Positions 20,888 to 30,068 of a stretch of 64,000 bases of DNA are shown one piece after another. Position 1 is the stretch's first letter. Every line of letters starts with the position of its first letter. The DNA lies in contig JAIKYZ010000027.1 in the NCBI GenBank assembly GCA_024682655.1, forward strand, positions 1,071-65,070. The letters run 5' to 3'. Source of the DNA: Treponema sp. (GTDB lineage: Bacteria > Spirochaetota > Spirochaetia > Treponematales > Treponemataceae). Both the position numbers and the translations under genes were made by a program. The notes under the pieces were generated by a model. The model did not search any database, was not told the DNA's origin, and saw nothing but the letters and a program-made list of their open reading frames with translations.

Positions 20888-21115
20888 ATGTCAAAAAACC
20901 ATCGTGGATCAGGTATCAGATCATTAGCTTCTCATGGAAGAGGAACTTGTGCTATTTGTGGTAAAACAGATATTAAAGTTCTTTGGGAAAAAGAAATTAA
21001 TGGTCAGACAGTAAAGATTTGTAAATATTGTAATGCAGCTCTTAAAAATAAGGCTAGAAAAGAAGCTCCTGCTGCTGCAGCAGAAGCACCAGCTGAAGAA
21101 AGTGCAGCTGAGTAA
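20888..21115 (+). CDS. small basic Zn-ribbon protein of unknown function, last gene of the ribosomal superoperon
   Basis: SD AAGGAG, CAIC...CKYC, codon choices like the r-protein genes, terminator directly after. Confidence 0.8.
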   Translation: MSKNHRGSGIRSLASHGRGTCAICGKTDIKVLWEKEINGQTVKICKYCNAALKNKARKEAPAAAAEAPAEESAAE

Positions 21116-21137
21116 TTCTAAATATTTATGAACTATC

Positions 21138-21172
21138 AAATCCGTCTTATATACTAAGGCGGATTTTTTTTA
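21138..21172 (+). terminator. terminator closing the ribosomal superoperon
   Basis: AAATCCGTCTTA/TAAGGCGGATTT stem plus T-run. Confidence 0.85.
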
Positions 21173-21200
21173 TTAATTCTTACTTATAATAATTTTTTAA

Positions 21201-21229
21201 TTGTACATTCAGCAAATATTAGTTATTAT
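21201..21229 (+). promoter_or_regulatory. putative sigma70 promoter for the PilZ gene
   Basis: TTGTAC-N17-TATTAT. Confidence 0.5.
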
Positions 21230-21286
21230 AAAACATATTATTTTTTAAAGTGTCTTAAAATTTTCTTTAAGGATAAGTGCCTAGTA

Positions 21287-22219
21287 ATGAGTGTTTCTAA
21301 TAGTCATAAAATTTCTAATTATTACGATTTTTATCGTGATAAAGAAATTGTGTTTACGAAAGCAAATTTAAGATATTTAAGAATGGATCCACGCCAGATT
21401 TACATTAAATGTAATGGTGGACAGTGGCCTTGTATTCTCAACTCTTCTTCTTTACAACAAGCAAAGATAATTGTTGGAACTTCAAGTGGTGTATATCTTG
21501 AAATCAATAAAAGCAAAAATAAGAATTTGGTCCTAAGTTTACGCTATTGCTTTATTGATCAAAATAACCAGCCAATTCAATTCTTTGTTAATTCAAATGT
21601 TGTTGATATTAAACCTTATAAAGAAACAAATGAATTAGCTTTGATTACCCTTGAATTTACCCAAAGGCCACCTGATGATTTAATTTCTAGAATTGGTGAA
21701 TTTCTGGAAGTTAATCATAATTTTGAAACAAGAAAAGAAGAAAGAATTGCTATTAATGAAAATTCTTTGAGACAATTAGCAATTCCAAAGGAAGAATCTT
21801 TTATTTTTATTGCTGATGTTCCTAGAAAGTGTATCTTAAAAGATTTATCTTTTGGTGGAGCAAAAGTTTTAACTGTCGGAATTCCTAAATTTCTTGTGGA
21901 AAAAAGAACAGATTTACGCTTAATCTTCTCTGATACTGCAGAAAAAGTTTCTATTCCTGGTGTTATTAAAAGCGCAGACTTTTTACCAGGTAGAAAAGAT
22001 ATTGCAATTATCCATATTGAATTTATTCAGTCTGAAACTCCAATGGCCTATAAATTCCATATCAACAGTTATATCACTTCTTATCAAAAGCAAATGATTC
22101 AAAATCAAATTAAGAATCAAATTGCTGAAAGAAATTCTGAATTAAAGGCTGCACAGAAAAAAGCTGAAATTGAAAAAGCAATGAGCAAAAATGCAGCTGA
22201 AAATCAAGAAAATGAATAA
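21287..22219 (+). CDS. PilZ-domain c-di-GMP receptor (PlzA-like architecture)
   Basis: RKEER (RxxxR) and DLSFGG (DxSxxG) motifs after an N-terminal beta domain. Confidence 0.8.
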   Translation: MSVSNSHKISNYYDFYRDKEIVFTKANLRYLRMDPRQIYIKCNGGQWPCILNSSSLQQAKIIVGTSSGVYLEINKSKNKNLVLSLRYCFIDQNNQPIQFFVNSNVVDIKPYKETNELALITLEFTQRPPDDLISRIGEFLEVNHNFETRKEERIAINENSLRQLAIPKEESFIFIADVPRKCILKDLSFGGAKVLTVGIPKFLVEKRTDLRLIFSDTAEKVSIPGVIKSADFLPGRKDIAIIHIEFIQSETPMAYKFHINSYITSYQKQMIQNQIKNQIAERNSELKAAQKKAEIEKAMSKNAAENQENE

Positions 22220-22258
22220 ATAAAGTAAATTTAAAAAATCATATAAAAGAGGTTATTT

Positions 22259-23410
22259 ATGAATCCAGCAAATCCTTTAGAGTCGATTTATTATATTAAC
22301 ATTCCTGAAAATTTTAATCCTTCAAACGGGGCTTTTCAGATTGATAAAACAATTCAACTTCCTGTTCAGAGAAAAACAACCGAGGATCCGGGAAATTTTA
22401 ATCCAGAAGAAATTACAACTGAACAGATTCTTGCTGGTATTTTGACTGTTCTTGCTTATGATTCTAAAAATGCCCACTTAGATTATTACCGTTCAATTAT
22501 TAAGCAGGTAAAACCAAATATTAAAAAAGAACTTTGCGAAGCAGCAATTTTAAAAACAAAGAATGAAGATTACGAACTTGCAGAAGAAATCTTTAGAGCC
22601 TTGCTTGGTTTTGATCCAGAAGATTCTGCTGTTATCTTAAATATGGCTTTATTCTTAGATCAAAGAGCTGATGCTTATAGACGTTCTGGATTAAATGAAG
22701 ATGCCGATGCTTATGATTCAGATTCTTTGGCTTATTATGAAGAGGCAATGGAAGCAGATCCACCTTTAGCTGATGCCTTTTTTAATGCAGGATTTTTCTA
22801 TATGAAACAACACCAGTTTAGAGAAGCAAAGGATGCCTTTGAAACTTACCTTGCTTTGACTTGTGATGTTTCTGACGATGAACTTGGAGAAAATGGCGTT
22901 TATAAAAAGGAAAGAGCCCAGGAAATTGTTAATAATATTAATGCCCAGAATATTGATGATGAAACATATAAAGCTGCCTATGATTTTATAAAGAAGGGCC
23001 AGGAAGAAAAAGGTATTGAAGCTATAAGGGAATTTTTACAGTCTAATCCAAAAGTTTGGAATGCCTGGTTCTTATTGGGCTGGGGTCTTAGAAGACTTGA
23101 AAGATATTCTGATGCTAAAACTGCATTTTTACAGGCTGTAAAATTTGGTGCAGATAAAAATGTTGATACTTATAATGAACTTTCTTTGTGTTATGTTCAG
23201 GAAAAGGATTTTAAATCTGCTAAAGATTGTCTTATGAAGGCTTTTGCAATTGAACCTGAAAATGTGAAAATTATTTCAAACTTAGGATATCTGGCCCTTG
23301 CTGAGGGAAATAAAGAAGAGGCAAGAAAATATTTTACAAGTGTTCTAGAATTTGATCCTAAAGATGCAATTGCGGCTAATGAACTATTAAAATTAGAAAA
23401 AGAAAACTAA
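22259..23410 (+). CDS. tetratricopeptide repeat protein
   Basis: repeated TPR patterns (AFFNAGFFY, AWFLLGWGLRRL, SNLGYLAL). Confidence 0.85.
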   Translation: MNPANPLESIYYINIPENFNPSNGAFQIDKTIQLPVQRKTTEDPGNFNPEEITTEQILAGILTVLAYDSKNAHLDYYRSIIKQVKPNIKKELCEAAILKTKNEDYELAEEIFRALLGFDPEDSAVILNMALFLDQRADAYRRSGLNEDADAYDSDSLAYYEEAMEADPPLADAFFNAGFFYMKQHQFREAKDAFETYLALTCDVSDDELGENGVYKKERAQEIVNNINAQNIDDETYKAAYDFIKKGQEEKGIEAIREFLQSNPKVWNAWFLLGWGLRRLERYSDAKTAFLQAVKFGADKNVDTYNELSLCYVQEKDFKSAKDCLMKAFAIEPENVKIISNLGYLALAEGNKEEARKYFTSVLEFDPKDAIAANELLKLEKEN

Positions 23411-23411
23411 T

Positions 23412-23876
23412 TTATTTAAGATTTAAAATAGAAAGATCTATAGAATCACCTTCTTTTATACAGTTTTTCTCGAACCAGCCCTGGGGTACTTCAAGGGCGT
23501 AACGTACGGAACCTGTACTTACAATTGATGATAAACTGTAGGGTGTCATGTCGTAGATGTTTCTGATTTTTCCTTTGGAATCTATGTAGGCAATTGAAAG
23601 TGGGTGAGGGGTATTTTTCATCCAGAAAGAAAGAACCTGATCTTTGTTGAAGACAAATAACATTCCTGTTCCCTGTGGAATTATTCTTCGTCCCATATAA
23701 CCTTTTTGTCGGCTTTCCTGTGTGTCCGCAATTTCAACGTTAAGAAGGTATGAAATTCCGGCCTGTGTTCTAATGGTCAGAGTGTCTTTTCTTAATTTAT
23801 TTCTTTTACAGGAGATAGAAAAAAATAAACTTACTGACATTAGAAAAATTAAAAATACATACTTTTTTTTCATCAT
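23412..23876 (-). CDS. DUF192-family lipoprotein
   Basis: lipobox-like FSISC; GMLFVF, FWMKNT, YALEV motifs. Confidence 0.85.
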   Translation of the reverse strand: MMKKKYVFLIFLMSVSLFFSISCKRNKLRKDTLTIRTQAGISYLLNVEIADTQESRQKGYMGRRIIPQGTGMLFVFNKDQVLSFWMKNTPHPLSIAYIDSKGKIRNIYDMTPYSLSSIVSTGSVRYALEVPQGWFEKNCIKEGDSIDLSILNLK

Positions 23877-24418
23877 AGTTCATCCAAAAACATTTGACGT
23901 GTTTCTTCTTCTGCAGATTTTTGAATGTTTGAATAATTTTGAAGCTGGTCGAATGTTTCATTATCAATATATTTTAGGGTTAAAGGTTTTTCAAGACTTA
24001 AGGTAACTTCGTCATTTTTCCAGGAAGCGGCGTTTGGACTAATTGTGTCAGGTTCTCCGTATTTTTTTGTAAGGGTTGTAAAAATGGAATAATAATCCAT
24101 TCTTTTTGGATTTACATTTATTGTAATTATAAATAACTTTTCGTCATAAAATTGAAACCAGCAGTGGGAAAGAAAACTGGAACCTAATCCTCTTTGAGAG
24201 TCGGTTTCTATTAAAGTAGTTTGATTTGAAGGTACCAGAGAAACATCTCTTTCTCCATGATAACCAAAAGAAGAATCTTTTATTAAATTTGTTTTTGTGT
24301 CTTCTAAAGACATTCCTAATTGAATATTTTTATAACCTTTTGGCAGGTCTTTTGCGAATTGTGGAAAAAGAATAAAAATGAAGAGGGTTAAAAAAATAAT
24401 ATTCTTCTGGTAATTCAT
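23873..24418 (-). CDS. exported hypothetical protein
   Basis: N-terminal signal peptide; 4-bp overlap with the DUF192 gene. Confidence 0.7.
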   Translation of the reverse strand: MNYQKNIIFLTLFIFILFPQFAKDLPKGYKNIQLGMSLEDTKTNLIKDSSFGYHGERDVSLVPSNQTTLIETDSQRGLGSSFLSHCWFQFYDEKLFIITINVNPKRMDYYSIFTTLTKKYGEPDTISPNAASWKNDEVTLSLEKPLTLKYIDNETFDQLQNYSNIQKSAEEETRQMFLDEL

Positions 24419-24467
24419 ATTTTAATTATCGGAAGAATATTATTTAGGATTTAGTTTTAAATTCAAC

Positions 24468-25658
24468 TTATTTATCGCCAGGGTGTTTTCTATAGAAGGC
24501 AGCCTGTTTCATTAATTCAACAACATCTTTGATGAAAATCTTCTGATTTATAATCTTAATGTGATTGTCCTGCTGGAATTCATAAATTGCCTTAGCCTGA
24601 GCTTCGTGAGGAATACCACACAAATTAGCCAAGTCCTGACAAGAAAGATCACTCTGGTGCTGTTTATTAATAAGTGTATTAACATCGATATTTTTCTTTT
24701 CAAGTTGAAGAGAAAGCATATCAATCATTTTTGCTACTGGATTTGCAAGATTAGCATTATCAAGCTGACGGTACATTGACCACAGTCTTTCGGCTAAAGT
24801 AGTTGTAAGTTTGGCAACCAGCTGTGGTTGTGTTGCAACCATCTGATTAAAGTTTGCTCTGTTGATTACCATTAAATGACAATCTGTATGAGCAATGGCA
24901 CTAGCAGATCTTGGTTTGTTTTCCAATAAAGCCATTTCGCCAAACATATCTCCTTTGTGGAGAATTGCAAGGGTTACTTCGTTTCCATCTACAATTTTTG
25001 AAATAGAAACTTCTCCGCTTTGGATAATAAACATATCTGCACCTGGAGCTGATTCAGAGAAAATCATACAATCTTGTGGATATGAACGAGTCATTTCTGA
25101 ATTTGGTTCAAGATATACAGCATGTGTTTTTGGTTTTAAGAAAGCGAATTTCTTTTTAGCGTCTTCGGCATTTGGACCAACTGGTCTTGTCTTTAAATAT
25201 TGATAATATGCAAATACTGCAATATTGTGCTTTGAAGTTTTTTCGTAGAATCTTGCTACTTTATAAATCTGGTCGTAAGTTTCTGAAACAACTCCTTTTA
25301 AGGTTGCCTTTGTAAGCATTTCGTTCATTACACGCATGCGGTTTGCAAAGGTTTTAATTATTTTTAAAGCAACTGGAGTATTGTTTTTTATGAGATCTGG
25401 ATATTGTTCTTTTTTTACTGAGATTGCTACAACATCTGTCTTTGCGATGGCAGTTTCGATTTGAAGTCTGCCAGACATACAGGCAACTACACCAACGAAG
25501 TCTCCTGGTCCTAAAGCTACAGGAGTTGAACCACTGCCTGTTGCTTTGTAAGATTGAACAGAGCCTTGTTGAATAATATAAAAATGATCACTGTCTGATT
25601 TTCCTTCTACGACCAGATAAGCTCCAGGAGGAAAACGACTAATTTGTAACTGTAGCAC
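24468..25658 (-). CDS. Crp/Fnr-like protein with two cNMP-binding domains (GTG start)
   Basis: two cNMP folds, the second with canonical FGEMALLENKPRSASA; probable C-terminal HTH-like region; SD GAGG. Confidence 0.85.
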   Translation of the reverse strand: MLQLQISRFPPGAYLVVEGKSDSDHFYIIQQGSVQSYKATGSGSTPVALGPGDFVGVVACMSGRLQIETAIAKTDVVAISVKKEQYPDLIKNNTPVALKIIKTFANRMRVMNEMLTKATLKGVVSETYDQIYKVARFYEKTSKHNIAVFAYYQYLKTRPVGPNAEDAKKKFAFLKPKTHAVYLEPNSEMTRSYPQDCMIFSESAPGADMFIIQSGEVSISKIVDGNEVTLAILHKGDMFGEMALLENKPRSASAIAHTDCHLMVINRANFNQMVATQPQLVAKLTTTLAERLWSMYRQLDNANLANPVAKMIDMLSLQLEKKNIDVNTLINKQHQSDLSCQDLANLCGIPHEAQAKAIYEFQQDNHIKIINQKIFIKDVVELMKQAAFYRKHPGDK

Positions 25659-25685
25659 AGTATTACCTCATTATCTTAATAAATA

Positions 25686-25714
25686 AGTATAAATTTTGAT
25701 TTTTCATTTGTCAA
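25686..25714 (-). promoter_or_regulatory. sigma70 promoter of the cNMP-protein operon
   Basis: minus strand TTGACA-N17-TATACT. Confidence 0.75.
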
Positions 25715-25748
25715 CAAAAGTATTTTAACTAAGAAAAACCTTATATTG

Positions 25749-26735
25749 TTAATTGTCGACAAAAATTATTTCTGGCTCAAGGTTAAAAGAGTATTTTTCT
25801 TTAATTATTTTTTGAGTATATTGGACCAGATCTTTTACATCTTTTGCCTTTGCATTTCCTGTGTTGATTATAAAATTACCGTGGAAATCGGCAATTTTTG
25901 CTCCACCAATTTGATAACCTTTGAGTCCTGCCTGGTCAATTATTGCTCCGGAAGGTTTACCAAATTCATGATTGTTCTTAAAAACGGAACCTGCTGAAGG
26001 ATATTTAAAATGACCTTTTGAAACTCTTTCTGCTATAAATTTTTTGCAGTTACTTTCGATTTCTGCTTTATCTTCCGGGCTTTTTTGAGTTAAGAGGAAA
26101 GTTGCTGTTGTAATGAATTTTTGGGACTTTTGATAGGGTGATTTTTTATAAGCCCATTCTTCTTTAATTGTTTTACATTTTTTGAGGCTTACTTTACCAC
26201 TTGAAAAATCCATGTAGCTTGAGCATAAAAGAATATCTGAAATTTCTTTATTAAAACAACGGGCATTCATATAAAGAGCACCGCCAACGCTGCCCGGCAA
26301 ACCTGCAAATTCTTCCAGGCCTGATATGTTATTGTTTGTACAGAAATTTACAAGTTTAGACATTGGTGTTCCAGAAAAACAGGAAACAAGGCACTGGTCT
26401 TTTGTGATTTCTATTTTTCCAAATTCAGGAGGTAAATCTTCGGGCAAGAAATAATCTAAGTCCGAAAAATCCTGGGTAGAGATTACGACTTTTTCTAAAA
26501 CCTGATCGGTAAAAACTATATTGCTTCCACCACCTAAAATAAAAAATGGAACTTTATCTTCGAGTAAGGTATCTAAGACAATTTGAAAAGAATTGTAATT
26601 TAAGGGTTTAATAAATAATTGCGCCCTTCCACCGATTTTAAATGTTGTTTTGTTTGCCAGTGGTTCGTCTAAAAGGATTTTTCCTTTGAAGTGATCGTAA
26701 CTTTTTATTTTTGCAATAATTTCTTGAGTATTCAC
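25749..26735 (-). CDS. murB: UDP-N-acetylenolpyruvoylglucosamine reductase
   Basis: TTFKIGG, LGGGSNI, GLPGSVGGALYMNA, PSAGSVFKN, HGNFIIN. Confidence 0.97.
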   Translation of the reverse strand: MNTQEIIAKIKSYDHFKGKILLDEPLANKTTFKIGGRAQLFIKPLNYNSFQIVLDTLLEDKVPFFILGGGSNIVFTDQVLEKVVISTQDFSDLDYFLPEDLPPEFGKIEITKDQCLVSCFSGTPMSKLVNFCTNNNISGLEEFAGLPGSVGGALYMNARCFNKEISDILLCSSYMDFSSGKVSLKKCKTIKEEWAYKKSPYQKSQKFITTATFLLTQKSPEDKAEIESNCKKFIAERVSKGHFKYPSAGSVFKNNHEFGKPSGAIIDQAGLKGYQIGGAKIADFHGNFIINTGNAKAKDVKDLVQYTQKIIKEKYSFNLEPEIIFVDN

Positions 26736-26866
26736 GTTTTAATTATATCAATTTACTGAATTAAATTCACTTTAATTGAGGGTAAGTCAAAGATTTTTAT
26801 GCTTGTTGTTTAAGACTGGGGAAATCTATATAATTAATTACAGAATAGATAAAAATTTAGATAAAA

Positions 26867-27103
26867 AAGGTGGGGGTAGGGGGCAGTGACCTTCGCAGCA
26901 TAGCTGCTCGGAGACTCGCTAAAAACAGTCCACTGGACTGTTTTTGCCCTGCTTCGCAGTGCCGCTCCCTACCTATGAGAGGGGGTGCAGTCAGGCATAG
27001 CCTGCCTTTACGCATTTTGGAGGAGAATCCTAAAACGACCCGCTGCCGCAGCTCGTTTTTTAACGGATTTCCTATAAGAGCGGGGGGAGACTTACCCCAC
27101 CTT
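26867..27103. repeat. GC-rich multi-hairpin palindromic element (REP/MITE-like) in the cysS 5' region
   Basis: terminal inverted repeats AAGGTGGGG(G)TA / TACCCCACCTT; internal AAAAACAGTCCA-C-TGGACTGTTTTT and GCAGC/GCTGC hairpins. Confidence 0.65.
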
Positions 27104-27127
27104 AATTTTATCGAACAGAGGTATTTT

Positions 27128-28669
27128 ATGGCATTGAAATTATACAACACTATGGGTCACAAAATGGAAGATTTTAAACCTATTCACGAAGGCTTTGCTG
27201 GTTTTTATGGATGTGGTCCTACAGTTTATAATTATGCTCACATTGGAAATCTTAGAGCTTATGTTTGCTGGGATATCCTTGATAAAACTTTAGATTATTT
27301 AGGCTATAAAATTAAACACGTAATGAATATCACTGATGTTGGACACCTTACCGGGGACAATGACGAAGGTGAAGATAAAATGAAAAAATCGGCTGCAGAA
27401 AGACATCAGTCGGTTCTTGAAGTTGCCCAGTTTTATACTGATGCCTTTATGAAAGATATTGATGCTTTGAATATTCGTCACCCTGATGTTATTTGTAAGG
27501 CTACTGAACATATTGATGAAATGATTGACTTGATTAAAGAGATTGAAGCTAATGGTCATACTTATATGGCTGGTGGAAATCTTTATTACGATATTTCTAC
27601 TTATCCTGATTATGGAAAACTTGCTAATTTAAATCTTGATGAATTGAAGGCTGGTGCTGGAAAACGTAAGGTTGTTGTTGTTGATGAAAATAAACGTAAC
27701 CCTGGGGATTTTGTTCTTTGGTTTACTAAGTCTAAGTTTGAAGATCAGGCTATGACTTGGGATTCTCCTTGGGGCCGTGGTTATCCTGGCTGGCACATTG
27801 AATGTTCTGCTATGAGTATGAAATATCTTGGTAAGCACTTTGATATTCACACTGGCGGTATTGATCATGTTCCTGTTCACCATACAAATGAAATTGCTCA
27901 GAGTGAAGGTTCTTTTGATCAGGCTGAGAGTGCTAAGGGGCCTTGGGTAAAATACTGGATGCACAATGAATTTTTAATTCTTGAAGGCGGAAAGATGAGT
28001 AAATCTTCTGGCCATTTTATTACCTTGCAGACATCGCTTCCTGAGGAAAAGGGTTTTTCTTTAAAGGATAAGGGCTACGAAGCTTTGGATTATAGATTTT
28101 TCCTTTTGACAGGACATTACAGAAAACAGCTGGTATTCTCTTTTGATGCCCTGGATTCTGCAAAATCTTCAAGAGTCGCCTTAAATCAAAGACTTGCAAA
28201 GTTGATTAAAAAGGCTAATGAAAGTGAAGGTCTTGGTCTTACAGAAAAGAATTTTGCCCAGATTTTGGGAAAAATTAATCCTGACTGTGATAATCTTAAG
28301 AAATTTAAAGAAGGCTTGGAAAATGACCTTGCAACTCCTGTGGCTTTGGCTGCTATGCAGGTAGAATCAAATGGTAAGGGGCAGAGAAAAGCTTCTGAAT
28401 CTTTGGCTGCAATTTTCCAGATGGACAAGGTTTTAAGTCTTGATGTTATTAAAAATGGCTTTAAGGTTATTGAAGAAGAGGAAAAGGCAAATTTAAATCT
28501 TCATGCTGGAGATCCTGAGGCTGATGAAATTGATGCTTTAGTTGCTGAAAGAAGTTTGGCAAAGAAAAATAAAGATTGGGCAAAGGCCGATGAGATTCGC
28601 AATAAATTAACAGAAAGGGGTATTGTTATTATTGATACTCCAAATGGTCCAACCTGGAAGAGACAGTAA
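27128..28669 (+). CDS. cysS: cysteine--tRNA ligase
   Basis: CGPTVYNYAHIGN, GYPGWHIECSAM, KMSKS; start reset to ATG 27128 after SD GAGG. Confidence 0.98.
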   Translation: MALKLYNTMGHKMEDFKPIHEGFAGFYGCGPTVYNYAHIGNLRAYVCWDILDKTLDYLGYKIKHVMNITDVGHLTGDNDEGEDKMKKSAAERHQSVLEVAQFYTDAFMKDIDALNIRHPDVICKATEHIDEMIDLIKEIEANGHTYMAGGNLYYDISTYPDYGKLANLNLDELKAGAGKRKVVVVDENKRNPGDFVLWFTKSKFEDQAMTWDSPWGRGYPGWHIECSAMSMKYLGKHFDIHTGGIDHVPVHHTNEIAQSEGSFDQAESAKGPWVKYWMHNEFLILEGGKMSKSSGHFITLQTSLPEEKGFSLKDKGYEALDYRFFLLTGHYRKQLVFSFDALDSAKSSRVALNQRLAKLIKKANESEGLGLTEKNFAQILGKINPDCDNLKKFKEGLENDLATPVALAAMQVESNGKGQRKASESLAAIFQMDKVLSLDVIKNGFKVIEEEEKANLNLHAGDPEADEIDALVAERSLAKKNKDWAKADEIRNKLTERGIVIIDTPNGPTWKRQ

Positions 28670-28769
28670 TTTTACAAAGCTTAGAGTTTTCTAATGATTG
28701 TAACTTTTAAAAGTTCCTTTTGTTTTTTTTATTAGGCCGCGTGTATAAAGGGGTCTGTAAAAATATTTT

Positions 28770-28797
28770 TGTAACCTTTGAAATTGTAGGGTGTTAT
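28770..28797 (+). promoter_or_regulatory. putative ECF-sigma autoregulatory promoter
   Basis: TGTAAC-N16-TGTTAT ending 4 nt before the sigma gene ATG. Confidence 0.5.
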
Positions 28798-28801
28798 TAA
28801 T

Positions 28802-29359
28802 ATGGATAGTGAGCAGAATCAAGAATTAGTTCCGTTGAATGCGGCTAATCCTGTTGATTTTCGGAAAATTTACAATGAATGTATGACTATGATTTACAAG
28901 GTCTCATTTAGAATTGTAAATGATGAAGAAGCGGCAGAAGATTTAGCTCATGATTCTCTTATTAAGGCTAACGAAAAAGGTCTGGTTTTTCCGACAATTA
29001 ATGATGCCAAGTACTGGTTAATTAGGGTCGTAAAAAATGCCTCTCTGAATTATGTAAAACGTAAGGAAAGGGAAAGAAAGGCCTATGAAAAAGCCTTGTA
29101 TGAAGGTGAGAGGAAATCAGAATCTGGTGAGACTGATTTATTAAAACAAGAATCAATTAATAAGGCTAGGGAAGCTTTAAAAAAACTACCAAAGAACTTA
29201 CAGGAAGTCCTTATGCTGCGTGAATACGGAGATATGAATTATAAGGAAATTGGTAAAGTTCTGGGAATTACAGAAGGTAATGTTAAGGTTAGGATTTTTA
29301 GAGCCAGGGAACAGCTTTTAAAAATTATAGGAGATGAAAATGTCTACATGCCCGACTAA
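28802..29359 (+). CDS. ECF RNA polymerase sigma factor (RpoE-like)
   Basis: region 2 AEDLAHD/YWLIRVVKNASLNY; region 4 YKEIGKVLGITEGNVKVRIFRAR. Confidence 0.93.
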   Translation: MDSEQNQELVPLNAANPVDFRKIYNECMTMIYKVSFRIVNDEEAAEDLAHDSLIKANEKGLVFPTINDAKYWLIRVVKNASLNYVKRKERERKAYEKALYEGERKSESGETDLLKQESINKAREALKKLPKNLQEVLMLREYGDMNYKEIGKVLGITEGNVKVRIFRAREQLLKIIGDENVYMPD

Positions 29360-30068
29360 AGATTTGCTTTCGGTTTATTTGGATAATGAACTTCCTGAAA
29401 TTTATAAAGCAGAATACGAAGCTCATATTAAATCTTGCCCAAAATGTAGCCAGGAACTTGAAAAGTTAAAGGCTTTAAGGGGGCTTTTTCAGGCCGATGC
29501 TAAAGCTATAACTCCAGATTCTCATTATTTAGATCAATCTTATGAAAGACTTATGATTAAAATGAAGTATTCTAAGGTTGCTTCTTCTTCGAAAAAAATT
29601 ATTTCTTCTAATAAATTTAATTTTAATAAAATTACTTATGTTGCAACTGCTATTGCGGCGGCGGCTGTTTTTGCCCTTGTTATTCCTCTTGGATTAAAAT
29701 TAGGTTCAAATTCTACTTCAAGTGCCCCTGCGAATATTGCTTCAATTCCTTCTCTTTCTTCTAATATTGCTTCTGATTATACAAATAATATTTCCTTAAA
29801 TAGTGGAAGAAGTGTGTTAATTTCGGGTAATATAGAGAAATCAGTCTTATCTTCGGTAAATAGAGGTTATAAGAATAATTCTATTGTTAGAAATATTAGT
29901 AATACTGCTAATGCTTCTGGAAATATGATTAAGGATGTTGAAGTCTTTAGACCTGATTTTGCTGATGAAGAGACAATCTCTATAAGAGTTACTGTTCCTG
30001 GAATGAATTCATCTTCTGTTGTTGCAGAATTTGAAATGCCGGTAACTGTAATTTTAGGCAAGAATTAG
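29340..30068 (+). CDS. zinc-binding transmembrane anti-sigma factor (zf-HC2/ZAS)
   Basis: LSVYLDNEL...HIKSCPKC (HxxxCxxC); single TM helix; overlaps the sigma gene. Confidence 0.88.
   Translation: MSTCPTKDLLSVYLDNELPEIYKAEYEAHIKSCPKCSQELEKLKALRGLFQADAKAITPDSHYLDQSYERLMIKMKYSKVASSSKKIISSNKFNFNKITYVATAIAAAAVFALVIPLGLKLGSNSTSSAPANIASIPSLSSNIASDYTNNISLNSGRSVLISGNIEKSVLSSVNRGYKNNSIVRNISNTANASGNMIKDVEVFRPDFADEETISIRVTVPGMNSSSVVAEFEMPVTVILGKN

Noticed and set aside
26867-27103. T-box riboswitch for cysS
   Set aside because: No GGTGGNACC T-box bulge and no terminator with poly-T before the gene.
26870-27127. 86-aa N-terminal extension of CysS, and antisense ORF 26857-27150
   Set aside because: Both arise from the GC-rich palindrome lacking stops; the true start with SD is 27128.
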